Of a DNA stretch of 64,000 nucleotides, positions 38,249-50,160 are shown piece by piece (position 1 is the stretch's first letter; every line of letters starts with the position of its first letter). The DNA lies in assembly GCA_963665115.1 (NCBI GenBank), contig OY762007.1, forward strand, positions 6,784,001 through 6,848,000, written 5' to 3'. The translations under genes were made by a program, and so were the position numbers. Under the pieces are notes generated by a model that worked only from the letters and a program-made list of their open reading frames with translations, ran no database searches and was not told where the DNA came from. Source of the stretch: an uncultured Rivularia sp. GTDB lineage: Bacteria > Cyanobacteriota > Cyanobacteriia > Cyanobacteriales > Nostocaceae.

Positions 38249-38770
38249 TTAACTTCCGAACACCTGCGGCCAAGTAGTAAAAACAAAAAGTATGACTGCT
38301 GAAAGAGCTAAAAAACCCTGAATAATATTTCCAATCAAACTACCTACAACAATTCCCACACCAGCTTTAACTGCTACTACTAAATCTTTTCGATAAATTA
38401 ATTCACCAATAATTGCTCCTAAAAGCGGCCCGATAAAAATTCCTATCAAAGGGCCACCAACAACTAAAAAAGGTGGCAGTAATCCAAAGAATGCTACTGC
38501 TAAACCAATCATTGAGCCAATTTGTCCCCATTTACTTGCACCAGCTTTTTTTGCTCCCCAGTATGCAGCTAAAAAATCAATCCCCATACTCAGCAGCAAA
38601 ACGACTCCGGTAACAATCAAGGGTACGCTAATAGCAGCGAAAGAACCTTTAATAAATCCCCAAATAATAATTCCAATTAAAATCAAACTCGTCCCCGGAA
38701 CACCAGGAACAACAGCACCAATTACACCCGCAAGCATCAAGGCGATTATTAATCCGTAGATAATTTGCAT
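38249..38770 (-). CDS. DUF456 family membrane protein
   Basis: GAVVPGVPG, GAKKAGASKWG, GPLLGAIIGEL. Confidence 0.85.
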   Translation of the reverse strand: MQIIYGLIIALMLAGVIGAVVPGVPGTSLILIGIIIWGFIKGSFAAISVPLIVTGVVLLLSMGIDFLAAYWGAKKAGASKWGQIGSMIGLAVAFFGLLPPFLVVGGPLIGIFIGPLLGAIIGELIYRKDLVVAVKAGVGIVVGSLIGNIIQGFLALSAVILFVFTTWPQVFGS

Positions 38771-38948
38771 ATTTCTTAGTTATTAATTATTAATAATGGG
38801 CATAGGGCATCGGGCATCGGGCATAGGGCATCGGGCATCGGGGAGATGGGGAGACAAGGGGACAAGGAGAGATAATTCTTAGATACTCATAACTATTTCC
38901 AATGCCCAATGCCCCATTCCCTATTCTCAATGCCCAATTCCCAATTTA

Positions 38949-39584
38949 TTATTTTAAAGTAACAGCTAATTTATCGGCGATTCCAGCTATCCAATTTTCA
39001 TCTTGTTTGGTATAACTGCGTGGAGCGTGCGCTCCTAAAATTATGACTCCTTCTTCGCCAATTGGTTGACAAATGACACCTTGAGTATTACTTGGTAAAT
39101 AATCAAATTCAACTCTTCCGGGATACACTTTTAAATCTACTAAATAAACTGGCTTATGCTTTTCTAAAACTCTTTTTAATATTGCTCCGGGTGTAACTTC
39201 CGATTTTTCTCCTAAAATTCCACGACGCAATAAAACTTTGCCTTGATAGTAAACTACTACGCAACGAGTTACTGTATTTGTCAATAATAAATGAGATGCC
39301 CAAGCCAATTCTGTTTTTACAGCATCTGATAAATCGGGAGCAAGAATAAAGCCTTGTTCACCTATAAGTTCTACGCTGTCTGGTGTTTTCGGTTGTACTT
39401 GCTGCCAAATTAAACCCGTTAATATCAAAACAGCACTTAAAATTACACCAAGCACGTCAGCACGAGCTTGAGATTCTGTTAGTTGGGGTGAGTACAAACG
39501 GTTAATTAACAAAAGTACAGCGCCTAACCCACCCACAACGACAGGTAGACGCTTTAAAAAGCGATTGGGATCTGGATTAGCCAT
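38949..39584 (-). CDS. Cofactor assembly of complex C subunit B (CCB2/CCB4-like)
   Basis: Two TM helices + GAF-like domain (ELAWASHLLLTNT, YPGRVEFDYLP); downstream of rpaB. Confidence 0.8.
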   Translation of the reverse strand: MANPDPNRFLKRLPVVVGGLGAVLLLINRLYSPQLTESQARADVLGVILSAVLILTGLIWQQVQPKTPDSVELIGEQGFILAPDLSDAVKTELAWASHLLLTNTVTRCVVVYYQGKVLLRRGILGEKSEVTPGAILKRVLEKHKPVYLVDLKVYPGRVEFDYLPSNTQGVICQPIGEEGVIILGAHAPRSYTKQDENWIAGIADKLAVTLK

Positions 39585-39592
39585 TTTTATGT

Positions 39593-39661
39593 AGTTATGA
39601 GTTATGAGTTATGAGTTATGAGTTATGAGTTATGAGTTATGAGTTATGAGTTATGAGTTAT
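39593..39661. repeat. Heptamer STRR array (AGTTATG), about 10 copies
   Basis: Perfect tandem array; degenerate complementary array at about 39730-39810. Confidence 0.9.
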
Positions 39662-39813
39662 AAATTACCGATAGGGATTTTGAAACTTTCAAGCTCAAGA
39701 TTACTTAAAAAAAAAGTACCGTATTATATCCAACTCTTCACTCTTCACTCTTCACTCTTAACTCTTAACTATTCTTATTCACTCCTAACTCCTCACTCCT
39801 CACTCCTAACTAT

Positions 39814-40542
39814 TCATTCATCCCCCGGTTCGATTATGCGTTGAAACAAGTAGCCCGTACCTCTTGCTGTCAGAATTAATTCTGGATTGGAAGGATCGTC
39901 TTCTAATTTGGCTCGCAAACGGGAGATATGTACGTCTACTACGCGAGTGTCAACATGACGTTCTGGTGTATATCCCCAGACTTCTTGTAAAATTTCCGAA
40001 CGAGAAAAAGCTTCTCCCGAACGACTTACTAAAAGCTCTAACAGGTTAAATTCCATTCCTGTCAATCGAATGCGTTCGTCACCTTTATAGACTTGACGCT
40101 TGTTTGTATCGATTTTGATAGTACTTACGTGTATTACCCCAGAACTAGGAATTCCAGAAGCACTAGTTTTGTCTACTCGTCTAAGTACGGAACGAATGCG
40201 AGCTTCTAGTTCTTTAGGGGAAAATGGTTTTACTACATAGTCATCAGCACCGAGTTCTAAGCCGGTAATTCTGTCTGCTACATCTCCTAAAGCTGTTAGC
40301 ATAATAATTGGGACATCGGATTCTTTACGTAATTCTTGACAGACACCATAGCCATCTAGCTTTGGCATCATTACATCTAAAACTACTAAGTCAGGAATTG
40401 CTTTACGAAAGGTATCTAAAGCTTCTTCCCCATCGCCAGCCGTGACCACATCGTAGCCAATCATTGAAAGGCGCGTTTCCAAAATCCGGCGAATGCTGGC
40501 TTCGTCATCTACCACCAGGATTTTTTCTTTATGGCTCTCCAA
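39814..40542 (-). CDS. rpaB: OmpR-family response regulator RpaB (Ycf27)
   Basis: KEKILVVDDEASIRRILETRLSMIGY, WGYTPERHVDTRVVDVHISRLR; probable TTG start; divergent from radA. Confidence 0.93.
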   Translation of the reverse strand: MESHKEKILVVDDEASIRRILETRLSMIGYDVVTAGDGEEALDTFRKAIPDLVVLDVMMPKLDGYGVCQELRKESDVPIIMLTALGDVADRITGLELGADDYVVKPFSPKELEARIRSVLRRVDKTSASGIPSSGVIHVSTIKIDTNKRQVYKGDERIRLTGMEFNLLELLVSRSGEAFSRSEILQEVWGYTPERHVDTRVVDVHISRLRAKLEDDPSNPELILTARGTGYLFQRIIEPGDE

Positions 40543-40733
40543 TCTCAACGCTCCTTAACTAAAGTTTTTCTTCATGTTAATTTTTAGTACCATTTTTAGT
40601 ACCATATTATTAAGATATCATTCCAATTATTCATTCGTAAAAACCTCGAAGGTATTACTATTATTAGATTTTGCTTCGTTCAAGAACTTAAAAGAAAATT
40701 AAGATTATTTAAGATTATTTAATAAGATTAAGA

Positions 40734-42348
40734 ATGGCTAAGCCAAAAACCTATTACGTTTGCTCTGAGTGTGGTGCGGAAACTCCTCAATGGTTGGGTA
40801 AGTGTCCGGCTTGCAACACCTACAATTCTTTACAAGAGGAAATTGCCGTACAATCCTCAACGGATATACCTTCTCGGGGTGTGGGTGCTTGGCACTCTCA
40901 GATGAGTAAGAAGAAAACCTCCAATAAACCAGCTAAGCCACGAGCATCTTTAAAACTTGACCAAATTAGCGATCGTCAAGTTGAGCGTTGGAGTTCTGGT
41001 TATGGTGAGTTAGACCGAGTTTTGGGTGGTGGAGTGGTTCCGGGTTCTATGGTATTAATTGGTGGCGACCCCCGGTATTGGTAAATCTACTCTGCTATTG
41101 CAAGTATCAAATGCATTGTCTCAACAGTATCGCATTCTTTATATCTCTGGAGAAGAATCTGCACAACAAGTTAAGTTAAGGGGTTCGCGTTTGGGAGTTG
41201 CTCAGAAAGAGCATGAAGAAGCTAACGCCAATGGTGCAGTTACAGTATCAGAAAAGACGATAGAGGAGAAAAATGGAAAGATTACGGTAGTAGAAGAGAC
41301 GAAAAGTAGAGAAGAAAAAGTTAAATCTGCTAAGGTCAATAGCGATTTATATATCTTACCCGAAACAGATTTAGAAGAAATTTTAAAGGAAATCGAGTCT
41401 CTCAGACCAAATTTAGCAGTAATTGATAGTATTCAAACGGTATTTTTTCCAGCGTTAACTTCTGCACCAGGTTCGGTGGCACAGGTGCGCGAATGTACTG
41501 CGGCTTTGATGAAAGTTGCAAAGCACGAAGACATCACCATGCTAATCGTAGGACACGTTACCAAGGAAGGAGCAATTGCAGGTCCCAAAGTTCTGGAACA
41601 CTTGGTTGATACGGTGCTGTATTTTGAAGGAGACAGGTTTGCTTCCCACAGACTATTAAGAACCGTAAAAAATCGTTTCGGCGCTACCCATGAAATTGGT
41701 ATTTTTGAAATGGTGGCGCATGGTTTGCGAGAAGTCCCCAACCCCAGCGAATTATTTTTAGGTAGTCGTGATGACCCCGCACCGGGAACTGCTATTGTGG
41801 TAGCTTGCGAAGGTACTCGTCCGATAGTAGTAGAATTACAAGCTTTAGTAAGTCCGACTAGTTACACTTCTCCGCGTCGAGCTTGTACCGGAGTAGATTA
41901 TAGTCGTTTGGTGCAAATTTTGGCAGTGTTGGAAAAACGTGTCGGAATTCCCATGTCTAAGCTGGATTCTTACGTCGCTTCTGCTGGAGGGTTAAGCGTA
42001 GAAGAGCCAGCAGTCGATTTAGGAGTTGCGATCGCAATTGTTGCTAGTTTCCGAGATCGAATTGTAGACTCCGGTACCGTATTAATTGGTGAAGTTGGAT
42101 TGGGGGGACAAGTGCGATCGGTATCGCAAATGGAATTACGGTTAAAAGAAGCAGCCAAACTAGGATTTACGCGAGCAATTGTTCCCAAAGGACAGAAGTT
42201 TCCCGAATTAGATATAGAAATTTTGCCAGTTTCCAAAGTTATAGACGCAATTATTGCAGCAATTCCCCAGCAGACTTTGACGGATGAAGATTTAGAAATG
42301 GATGATATTGATATGGAAGATATTGAAATAGAAGATATGGAAGATTGA
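40734..42348 (+). CDS. radA: DNA repair protein RadA/Sms (apparent +1 frameshift at 41069-41073)
   Basis: CSECG..CPAC zinc finger, Walker A GGDPGIGKST restored by removing one C, KNRFG, Lon-like C-terminus. Confidence 0.95.
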
Positions 42349-42679
42349 GGAGATAGGGTAGAAGGGGTTTGTTTAAGTAGTGAATAACAAGTAGCAAGTA
42401 GCAAGTAAGGAATAGATGGTTGAGCAGCCCGGTTGATAATTAGAAGCGATGAGTACTTAGTACCCTTCGTGCAAGATGTATGTCCTAACGGACACGCTGC
42501 GTTAGTGGAGTGAGACGATAGTCTTAGGCAGCACTACGATATTTTCACTTTTATGTCCTTCGGACACGCTGCGCTAATGCATTATACAATTTAGCTGCAC
42601 ATCAGCTTATTTCATTGATTATATTTGTATATATTTTCGGCAAAGCTTTATAATGCTTACTAAGAATAATGGTGAAAAC

Positions 42680-43081
42680 ATGGCAGATATAGTTGATATT
42701 GCTGTTAGTGCTGATTCTTTTAATACCCTAGTTCAAGCAGTACAAGCTGCTAATTTAGTAGAAACATTAAAAAGTCCCGGACCTTTTACAGTTTTTGCAC
42801 CTAATGATGAAGCTTTTGCAAAATTACCAGCCGGGACTATTCAAACACTGTTGCAAAATATTCCTGGGCTAGCAAGAATTCTCACATATCATGTTGTAGC
42901 GGGCAAATTAATGCAGGCTGATTTAGCAAAATTGAAAACTGTAAAGTCTGTGGAAGGTTCCCCTATTAATATTAATTGTACCAATAATTTTGAAGTGAAA
43001 AATGCCACAGTTTTAGCAGCAGATATCGAAGCTGATAATGGTGTAATCCATGTAATTGATAAGGTTATTCTTATGGGTTGA
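42680..43081 (+). CDS. Fasciclin (FAS1) domain protein
   Basis: [31 protein letters not shown]. Confidence 0.93.
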   Translation: MADIVDIAVSADSFNTLVQAVQAANLVETLKSPGPFTVFAPNDEAFAKLPAGTIQTLLQNIPGLARILTYHVVAGKLMQADLAKLKTVKSVEGSPININCTNNFEVKNATVLAADIEADNGVIHVIDKVILMG

Positions 43082-43478
43082 TAGCTTCGGTTCTTTAGTA
43101 CAAAGGAATGCTTTAAAATAGTCATTTTAAGGCAGTAGGGAGAAAATAGAATAAAGTCATTAAAATTTAAACATATATAATAATAAATCCTTACATAGCA
43201 ATTGTGTGAATAATTTTTACTAACAATGACCGCATACTAACAACTGAAGAACCAAATTTTCTTTATTTAAAATCTACAAAAAAATCACAACATTGTATTA
43301 ATAATGTTAACTATTTTGTTGTGCATGGTTAAGACCTAATTAAAAAGCTCTACCTGTAATAGACTTGTAACTATATTCAAATATTTTTAAACCATTCCGT
43401 TTATTTAAGTAGTAAGAGCCTGAGTTGGTTGCAATAAATTACAATTATCATCAGTAAACTGCTCACCGTCCACCGATA

Positions 43479-44693
43479 ATGCGTATTTTATTTTTACATC
43501 CTAATTTCCCGGCTCAATTTCGTCATTTGGCTGTAGCTTTGGCGCAAGATGCAAAGAATCAAGTTGTTTTTGCTACCAATCGTCGTGAAGGTTCATTGCC
43601 AGGAGTTATCAAAGCTATTTATGGTTCGAGTAGAGAAGTTCGTGGTGAAACTCACCATTATGTCAGACCATTAGAAAAAGCTGTTCTTCAAGGGCAAGGT
43701 GTTTACCGTTTAGCGGAAGAATTAAAGCAAAAGGGTTTTATTCCAGATATAGTTTACGGTCATTCGGGTTGGGGACCAACTTTATTTATCAAAGATGCTT
43801 TTCCCAAAGCTACTTTACTTTGTTATTTTGAATGGTTTTATCAAGCACATGGTTCCGACGCTGATTTCGATCCTATAGATCCCTTAACTCCCGATGATGA
43901 AGCTCGGATTCGGATCAAGAATGCTCCTATTCTGATTGACTTATACAGTTGCGATCGCGGTTTGTCTCCGACTAGTTGGCAGCGTCAGCAGTTCCCCCCC
44001 GAATATCAAAGTAAAATTACTGTTCATCATGATGGTATTGATACAAATTATTTTCAGCCGCAGCCAGGAGCAAAGTTAGTTTTACCCAGAATTAACCTCG
44101 ATCTTTCTGATGTGGAAGAAATTATTACTTATGTTGCCAGGGGTATGGAACCTTATCGAGGTTTTCCGCAATTTATCGAAACCGTTGCGTTACTTCAACA
44201 AAAAAGACCGAATTGTCATGTTGTAATTGTTGGTGAAGACAGAGTTGCTTATGGAAAGCAGCTTCCCAATAATCAAACTTACAAGCAGCTGATGCTGGAA
44301 AAAGTACCGCTAGATATGACAAGAGTTCATTTTACAGGCTTGTTACCTTATAGTGAATATCTGCAAGTATTGCAAGCTTCTTCGGTTCACATTTATTTAA
44401 CTCGTCCTTTTGTTTTATCCTGGTCAATGTTGGAAGCTTTATCTACAGGTTGCTTGATAGTTGCTTCAAATACAGCACCCGTAACTGAAGTAATTGAAGA
44501 TGGTGTCAATGGTTTGTTAGTAGATTTCTTTTCACCACAGGAAATATGCAATCGGGTTGAGGAAGTACTTAATAATCTCGATAAGATGTCTTCGATTCGA
44601 GAAAAAGCTAGAGAAACTATTTTACAAAAATACGATCTAGCGCAGTTGCTACCGAAGCATTTGGAGTGGATACAGCAAGATTTGAAAGCTTGA
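43479..44693 (+). CDS. Glycosyltransferase family 4 protein
   Basis: HPNFPAQF, GHSGWG, RGMEPYRGF, PFVLSWSMLEA, EVIEDGVNGLLV. Confidence 0.92.
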   Translation: MRILFLHPNFPAQFRHLAVALAQDAKNQVVFATNRREGSLPGVIKAIYGSSREVRGETHHYVRPLEKAVLQGQGVYRLAEELKQKGFIPDIVYGHSGWGPTLFIKDAFPKATLLCYFEWFYQAHGSDADFDPIDPLTPDDEARIRIKNAPILIDLYSCDRGLSPTSWQRQQFPPEYQSKITVHHDGIDTNYFQPQPGAKLVLPRINLDLSDVEEIITYVARGMEPYRGFPQFIETVALLQQKRPNCHVVIVGEDRVAYGKQLPNNQTYKQLMLEKVPLDMTRVHFTGLLPYSEYLQVLQASSVHIYLTRPFVLSWSMLEALSTGCLIVASNTAPVTEVIEDGVNGLLVDFFSPQEICNRVEEVLNNLDKMSSIREKARETILQKYDLAQLLPKHLEWIQQDLKA

Positions 44694-45282
44694 TTTAACG
44701 AGCGAAAAGGGGAATAGTGGAAAGGACTACTTAGAACTAATTAAGCGGACATGATACTTCATATTCTAATAAATCATGATTTAGAGAAATAAATTACGAA
44801 ATATTGCTATTTTTTTATTGTAAAAGTAGTTTATTTTTTACATAGTATGCTGTTTGCATAAATAGATATATTCACCCCTATTATATTCATATATACAGTT
44901 ATACATTTATATTAAGCAGGAGGGCAAAAAGAGAAATTTATTTGACTACTTTGTAAGCCCAGTAAAATTGCCTCGATACACTATTATAGATTGCCGAAGT
45001 ATAAAGTTATTGTATTTTTCGGAAATAACGGTTGAGCGGACTGTATTCATAGATAGAAAGCAAGTTTGACAACTACAAGCTTTCTCACAAGCTATAGCGA
45101 TTCTAAATAGAAACCGATTGATTTGTAGTGCGTTAGCGAAGCGTGTCTGAAAGACAAGCATCTTGCTCGCTCGGTACTAGCGAGCATCTTGCTCGCACTA
45201 CGGAAATTAATTGGAATGACTATATATTCTTAAATGTCAAGCAAACTAATACTTGTAATTTGTAAACTAAGAGAAATTAATC

Positions 45283-45816
45283 ATGAAATCTAATCTGAAA
45301 GTTTTATTGTTATCTTTAGGTATGATTGTAAGTTCAGTTGGTACTATTGGTGCTGTAACTGCTCAACAACCTAGCCAAGCTTCACCAAAAAATTCATTAA
45401 GTCTTCAACAAAACAACTTTATTCAAGCATCAGCAAAGCAAGTTCGAGATAGAGAATGGAAAGCCTTCTTTAGTAGTCAATATGATTATTGGGATGCTCG
45501 CGTACTTGCAGATTACTGGGGACAATCGATCGGTGAAGCAAAAGCGAGAATGGGTAGAAAAATTCTTTGGGGTAAATCTGATGTTGCAATTCTCGAACAA
45601 TTTTTGGTAGATGCAAGATTTAAAGCTTTACAGAAAATGCAAAGTTCTAGTCCTTCTTTAGAATTATATGGCGAATCAAAGTACAAATACGATGATGCAG
45701 CAAAACTTGCTAAACTTTGGGGTGAGCGTTCCCCTTGGGAAGCAAAAATACGGATTGAGAAAAACTTAATTTTAGGTCAACAAGAGGTTATTGAACAAGC
45801 TTTAAGAGCAAGATAA
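45283..45816 (+). CDS. Secreted hypothetical protein with two internal repeats
   Basis: Signal peptide; YDYWDARVLADYWG..EAKARM / YKYDDAAKLAKLWG..EAKIRI. Confidence 0.75.
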   Translation: MKSNLKVLLLSLGMIVSSVGTIGAVTAQQPSQASPKNSLSLQQNNFIQASAKQVRDREWKAFFSSQYDYWDARVLADYWGQSIGEAKARMGRKILWGKSDVAILEQFLVDARFKALQKMQSSSPSLELYGESKYKYDDAAKLAKLWGERSPWEAKIRIEKNLILGQQEVIEQALRAR

Positions 45817-45882
45817 ATCAATTAATTATTAAAGTAATTATTAAATATTTTACTGTGTCGCAAAATGTTTTAGATATGTTAC

Positions 45883-45912
45883 TAGGTGGGCTTATTACCT
45901 ACCTATTTTTTT
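45883..45912 (+). terminator. Intrinsic terminator-like hairpin
   Basis: taggtggg...cctaccta + T run. Confidence 0.55.
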
Positions 45913-45938
45913 GTCTTCAATAACAACTAATTATATTT

Positions 45939-47051
45939 ATGTCTAAATTAAACTGGAAAATCGGCTGTGAGATTGAATTATTAGCACCAAAAGGTTTAAG
46001 TAGAAAAGATTTAGCAGAATCAATAGCAAAAGCAAATAATGCAACAGTACGTCGGATATTTTATCCTCAATCCGAACCAAGTCAGGTTCCGGGAACGCCT
46101 TTATTTCATAATCTAACTTTAGGCTTTGAAGTTATCGATCGACAAGGAAATTTAATTGCGAAATGCGTTGACGATTTAACTCTTCAAGATGATTTAGATA
46201 AATCGCATCCATCGAAACCGGGATGGTATCGAATTGTTAGCGATGACACTCGATTTTTGCAATTAATTACCTGTCAAGCAAAAGCCGAACAAAGTAAATC
46301 TGAAGTTCTTCACCCCATCGCCGATTTATTTGGAACTCATGTAGAAGAGGGAGTCGAAGGAATGATGCGCGTTACTGATAATACTGGTAATCCGATTGCG
46401 ATCGCAGCATTGTTACCAGGAGAGCGAGAGCGCCCCTGCGAGCTAATTTCACCGCCTATAGATACAAATCATTTAGAAAAATTAGAAGTTCTTTTAAAAA
46501 CAGCGCGTCTGCTTAATTTTACTGTTCCCGTTGAAGGTGCAACTCACATTCACTTTGATGCAAAACCATTATGTTCTGCAAATGTATTTACTAATTTAGT
46601 TAATGTTTTTCATGCACATGGTCAAAATCTAAAAAAATTAATAGGAACTAACTTCAAGTGCAGGCGTTTGGGCAATTGGGATATAGCTTTACTAAAACTA
46701 GTTAACGAATCCGGTTTTCGAGAATTACCGTGGCAAGAGGCTAAAACGCGACTTGCTAAACTTGAATTAACAAAATACTGTGACTTTAATTTAAAAAACT
46801 TAATTCATCCCGTACCAGATAAACTTACCTTTGAAGCTCGTATTTTTCCTGTTTGGCTTGATTCACAACCTATAATCGAAGCTGCGGCTTTATGCGAGGC
46901 AATTCTTCGGTATGCGATGAGTGAATTTCAGATACCGCCTACTGCACCTCTAGAATGGGAATTAAAATCGGTGCAAGAATTTATTAAATTACTTCCAATT
47001 TCAACAGATATTCGCGATATTTGGTTATCTCGTGCTGCAACTATTAGTTAA
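45939..47051 (+). CDS. Amidoligase (COOH-NH2 ligase type 2) family protein
   Basis: IGCEIEL, CELISPP, ATHIHFD, KYCDFNL, TFEARIF. Confidence 0.82.
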   Translation: MSKLNWKIGCEIELLAPKGLSRKDLAESIAKANNATVRRIFYPQSEPSQVPGTPLFHNLTLGFEVIDRQGNLIAKCVDDLTLQDDLDKSHPSKPGWYRIVSDDTRFLQLITCQAKAEQSKSEVLHPIADLFGTHVEEGVEGMMRVTDNTGNPIAIAALLPGERERPCELISPPIDTNHLEKLEVLLKTARLLNFTVPVEGATHIHFDAKPLCSANVFTNLVNVFHAHGQNLKKLIGTNFKCRRLGNWDIALLKLVNESGFRELPWQEAKTRLAKLELTKYCDFNLKNLIHPVPDKLTFEARIFPVWLDSQPIIEAAALCEAILRYAMSEFQIPPTAPLEWELKSVQEFIKLLPISTDIRDIWLSRAATIS

Positions 47052-47086
47052 ATATATAGCAATTATAAATAAGTGATGATAATGAA

Positions 47087-47118
47087 TAAACCCGGTTTTT
47101 TCAAAAAACCGGGTTTCT
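47087..47118. repeat. Palindromic dispersed repeat AACCCGGTTTTTTCAAAAAACCGGGTT
   Basis: Variants at about 894-924 and 56744-56772, all just past gene 3' ends; may act as terminators. Confidence 0.75.
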
Positions 47119-47461
47119 TAACGCCTTATTTTCAACTTGTTAAACCTATACCAAGCGCATAATATCTTTTCTTTGTTAAGAAGCGCCGATTTTATAGATA
47201 ATTTAATTACGACTATATGCATCTTGAGGAAGTTCCTTAAATTTCAACATCCATAGGAGACTAGATATAGAACCACCAAATATCTATCGAATATTGGAAG
47301 TTGGTTGCATTCGCTGGCTACTGACATACCGCCAATTGAGAAGCGGGAAGTTTTAACTTATCGCTGATTCTCAACACAGGCTTTTCTTCAATACCCAGCA
47401 CTTCAATTCAATACCAGTATTAAAGCTACGATTTTTAGAAAATACATGAAATGGAGGATTT

Positions 47462-49990
47462 ATGCGAGCAGTACTTATGGCTGGAGGTTCCGGAACGCGG
47501 CTTCGTCCGCTAACTTGTGACTTACCTAAACCAATGGTGCCCATCCTCAACCGGCCAATTGCCGAACATATTATCAATCTTCTCAAAAGGCACGACATTA
47601 CAGAAATTATCGCTACCTTGCATTATTTACCAGATACAATGCGAGACTACTTTCAAGATGGTAGCGATTTTGGCGTACAGATGACTTACGCTGTCGAAGA
47701 AGACCAACCTTTAGGTACGGCAGGTTGTGTAAAGAACATTGCCGAACTTCTCGATGATACGTTTTTGGTGATTAGTGGAGATAGTATTACTGATTTTGAC
47801 TTAACAGCAGCAATTAAATATCACAAAGAAAAGAGATCCAAAGCAACTTTAATTTTGACTCGCGTTCCCAATCCAATTGAATTTGGAGTAGTTATTACTG
47901 ATGAAGAAGGAAGCATCAAGCGATTTTTAGAAAAGCCTTCCACCAGCGAAATTTTCTCCGACACGGTTAATACTGGCGCTTATATTTTGGAACCCGAAGT
48001 TTTGGAATATCTACCAGCTAACCAAGAATCTGACTTTTCCAAGGAGTTATTCCCCCTACTGCTGGAAAAAGGCGAACCAATGTATGGTTATGTTGCTTCC
48101 GGTTACTGGTGCGATGTGGGACACTTGGATGCTTACCGCGAAGCTCAGTATGATGTACTCAACCATAAAGTTAAAGCTGATTTTCCTTACAAAGAGGTTT
48201 CACCCGGTTTGTGGGTTGGTCAAAATACTCACATCGAGTCTTCAGCAGTAATTGAAACACCAGCTTTAATTGGCGATAACTGTCGTATTGGCAATAGAGT
48301 TCAGATTGAAGCCGGAACCGTTATTGGAGACAACGTTACTATTGGTGCCGATGCCAATTTAAAACGTCCAATAGTGTGGAATGGAGCAATAGTTGGTGAC
48401 GAAGCTCAATTAAGTGCCTGTGTAATTTCTCGGGGTACTCGTGTAGACCGTCGCGCTCACGTACTCGAAGCTGCGGTAGTCGGTTCGCTTTCCAGCGTGG
48501 GAGAAGAAGCCCAAATAAGCCCTGGAGTGCGCGTCTGGCCTAGTAAAAAGATTGAATCCGGCGCAATCTTAAATATAAACTTGATTTGGGGTAACACAGC
48601 CCAACGTAATTTATTTGGACAGCGCGGCGTTCAAGGATTAGCCAATATTGACATTACCCCAGAATTTGCCGTTAAGTTGGGTGCTGCTTACGGTTCTACT
48701 TTGAAACCAGGTTCCGAAGTGACGGTTTCCAGGGATCAGCGGACTATCTCCCGCATGGTAACTCGGTCGTTGATAGCTGGTTTAATGTCTGTGGGTATCG
48801 AAATTCAAAACTTAGATGCAACAGCTTTACCAATTGCTCGCACCATCATACCTAACATGAAAGTAGCAGGCGGTATTCACGTGCGGGTACATCCCAACCG
48901 TGCCGACTACCTCCTGATTGAATTTATGGATAATAAAGGAATCAATATTCCTAAAGCCAAAGAAAAGAAAATCGAAGGTGCATATTTTAAAGAAGATATG
49001 CGACGAGCGCAAATTCATGAAATTGGTAATGTTGCCTATCCTACCCAATTAGTTGACCGTTACTGCAACGCTTTTGAAAATCTTTTAAACATCGACACCA
49101 TTCGTCACAGTCGAGCAAAAGTGGTGATTGACTACGTTTACGGGGTGTCTGGGGCTGTATTACCGCAGATGTTAGATAAATTTGGTGCTGATGCGGTGGT
49201 ACTAAATGCCAGCTTAAATAAACTCGCCACCTCAGAAACCGATCGCGAAGCCTTATTAACTCAATTAGGCCATGTAGTCGAAGCACTCAAAGCTAACTTT
49301 GGCGTACAGGTAACGGCAAACGGCGAGCAAATGATCTTAGTTGATGAATCCGGTATTCCCATTCGTGGGGAAATGCTCACAGCCTTGATGGTAGACATGA
49401 TGTTAACTGCCAATCCCAGAGGAAGTGTAGTAGTACCAGTTCATTCTTCTAGCGCTGTAGAACAAATCGCTCGTCGTCATGACGGTAAAGTGATTCGTAC
49501 CAAAGCAAATTCCACAGCATTAATGGAAGCTTGTCAACAAAATCCCAACGTTGTTTTAGGTGGTAGCGGCGACACCGGGTTTATTGTTCCAGCACTGCAT
49601 CCCGGATTTGATTCGATGTTCTGTATCGCCAAGTTGATTGAAATGCTAACAATTCAAGAACGTTCACTTACCACAGTACGTTCCGAATTACCCCGCGTAA
49701 TTCACAAAACTTACACCACTCGCTGTCCTTGGACGGTTAAAGGTGCATTAATGCGTCACTTAGTAGAAACTCATCCCCCAGAGCAATTGGAATTAATTGA
49801 CGGGGTGAAAATTTGTCAACCCTACGAAGACAGTTGGGTACTAGTTCTACCAGATGCAAGCGAACCATTAGTGCATCTATTCGTTAACAGCAACGATCGC
49901 GACTGGGTAGACGAATCCTTAAGAAAATACCGCGCCCGCGTTCAAGAATTTGTCGAAACAGAGCAAGAGTTAGCTGTGGCGGAAGTTTAA
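47462..49990 (+). CDS. Mannose-1-phosphate guanylyltransferase / phosphomannomutase-like bifunctional protein
   Basis: [32 protein letters not shown], hexapeptide repeats, C-terminal phosphohexomutase-like domains. Confidence 0.93.
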   Translation: MRAVLMAGGSGTRLRPLTCDLPKPMVPILNRPIAEHIINLLKRHDITEIIATLHYLPDTMRDYFQDGSDFGVQMTYAVEEDQPLGTAGCVKNIAELLDDTFLVISGDSITDFDLTAAIKYHKEKRSKATLILTRVPNPIEFGVVITDEEGSIKRFLEKPSTSEIFSDTVNTGAYILEPEVLEYLPANQESDFSKELFPLLLEKGEPMYGYVASGYWCDVGHLDAYREAQYDVLNHKVKADFPYKEVSPGLWVGQNTHIESSAVIETPALIGDNCRIGNRVQIEAGTVIGDNVTIGADANLKRPIVWNGAIVGDEAQLSACVISRGTRVDRRAHVLEAAVVGSLSSVGEEAQISPGVRVWPSKKIESGAILNINLIWGNTAQRNLFGQRGVQGLANIDITPEFAVKLGAAYGSTLKPGSEVTVSRDQRTISRMVTRSLIAGLMSVGIEIQNLDATALPIARTIIPNMKVAGGIHVRVHPNRADYLLIEFMDNKGINIPKAKEKKIEGAYFKEDMRRAQIHEIGNVAYPTQLVDRYCNAFENLLNIDTIRHSRAKVVIDYVYGVSGAVLPQMLDKFGADAVVLNASLNKLATSETDREALLTQLGHVVEALKANFGVQVTANGEQMILVDESGIPIRGEMLTALMVDMMLTANPRGSVVVPVHSSSAVEQIARRHDGKVIRTKANSTALMEACQQNPNVVLGGSGDTGFIVPALHPGFDSMFCIAKLIEMLTIQERSLTTVRSELPRVIHKTYTTRCPWTVKGALMRHLVETHPPEQLELIDGVKICQPYEDSWVLVLPDASEPLVHLFVNSNDRDWVDESLRKYRARVQEFVETEQELAVAEV

Positions 49991-50160
49991 TGGTGATGGG
50001 GTGATGGGGTGATGGGTAGAGGGGGTAGAGGGGGTAGAGGGGGTAGAGTGGGGGAAGGATAATCACTTACTTGCTACTCCTAACTCCTAACTCTTTCCCA
50101 ATCCCCAATGCCCCATGCCCAATTACCAATTACCCATTACCAATTACCTATTCCCAATTC

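Noticed and set aside
40581..40604. LexA or RpaB (HLR1) site between rpaB and radA
   Set aside because: The TTTTTAGTACCA direct repeat fits neither consensus as I know them; left unassigned.
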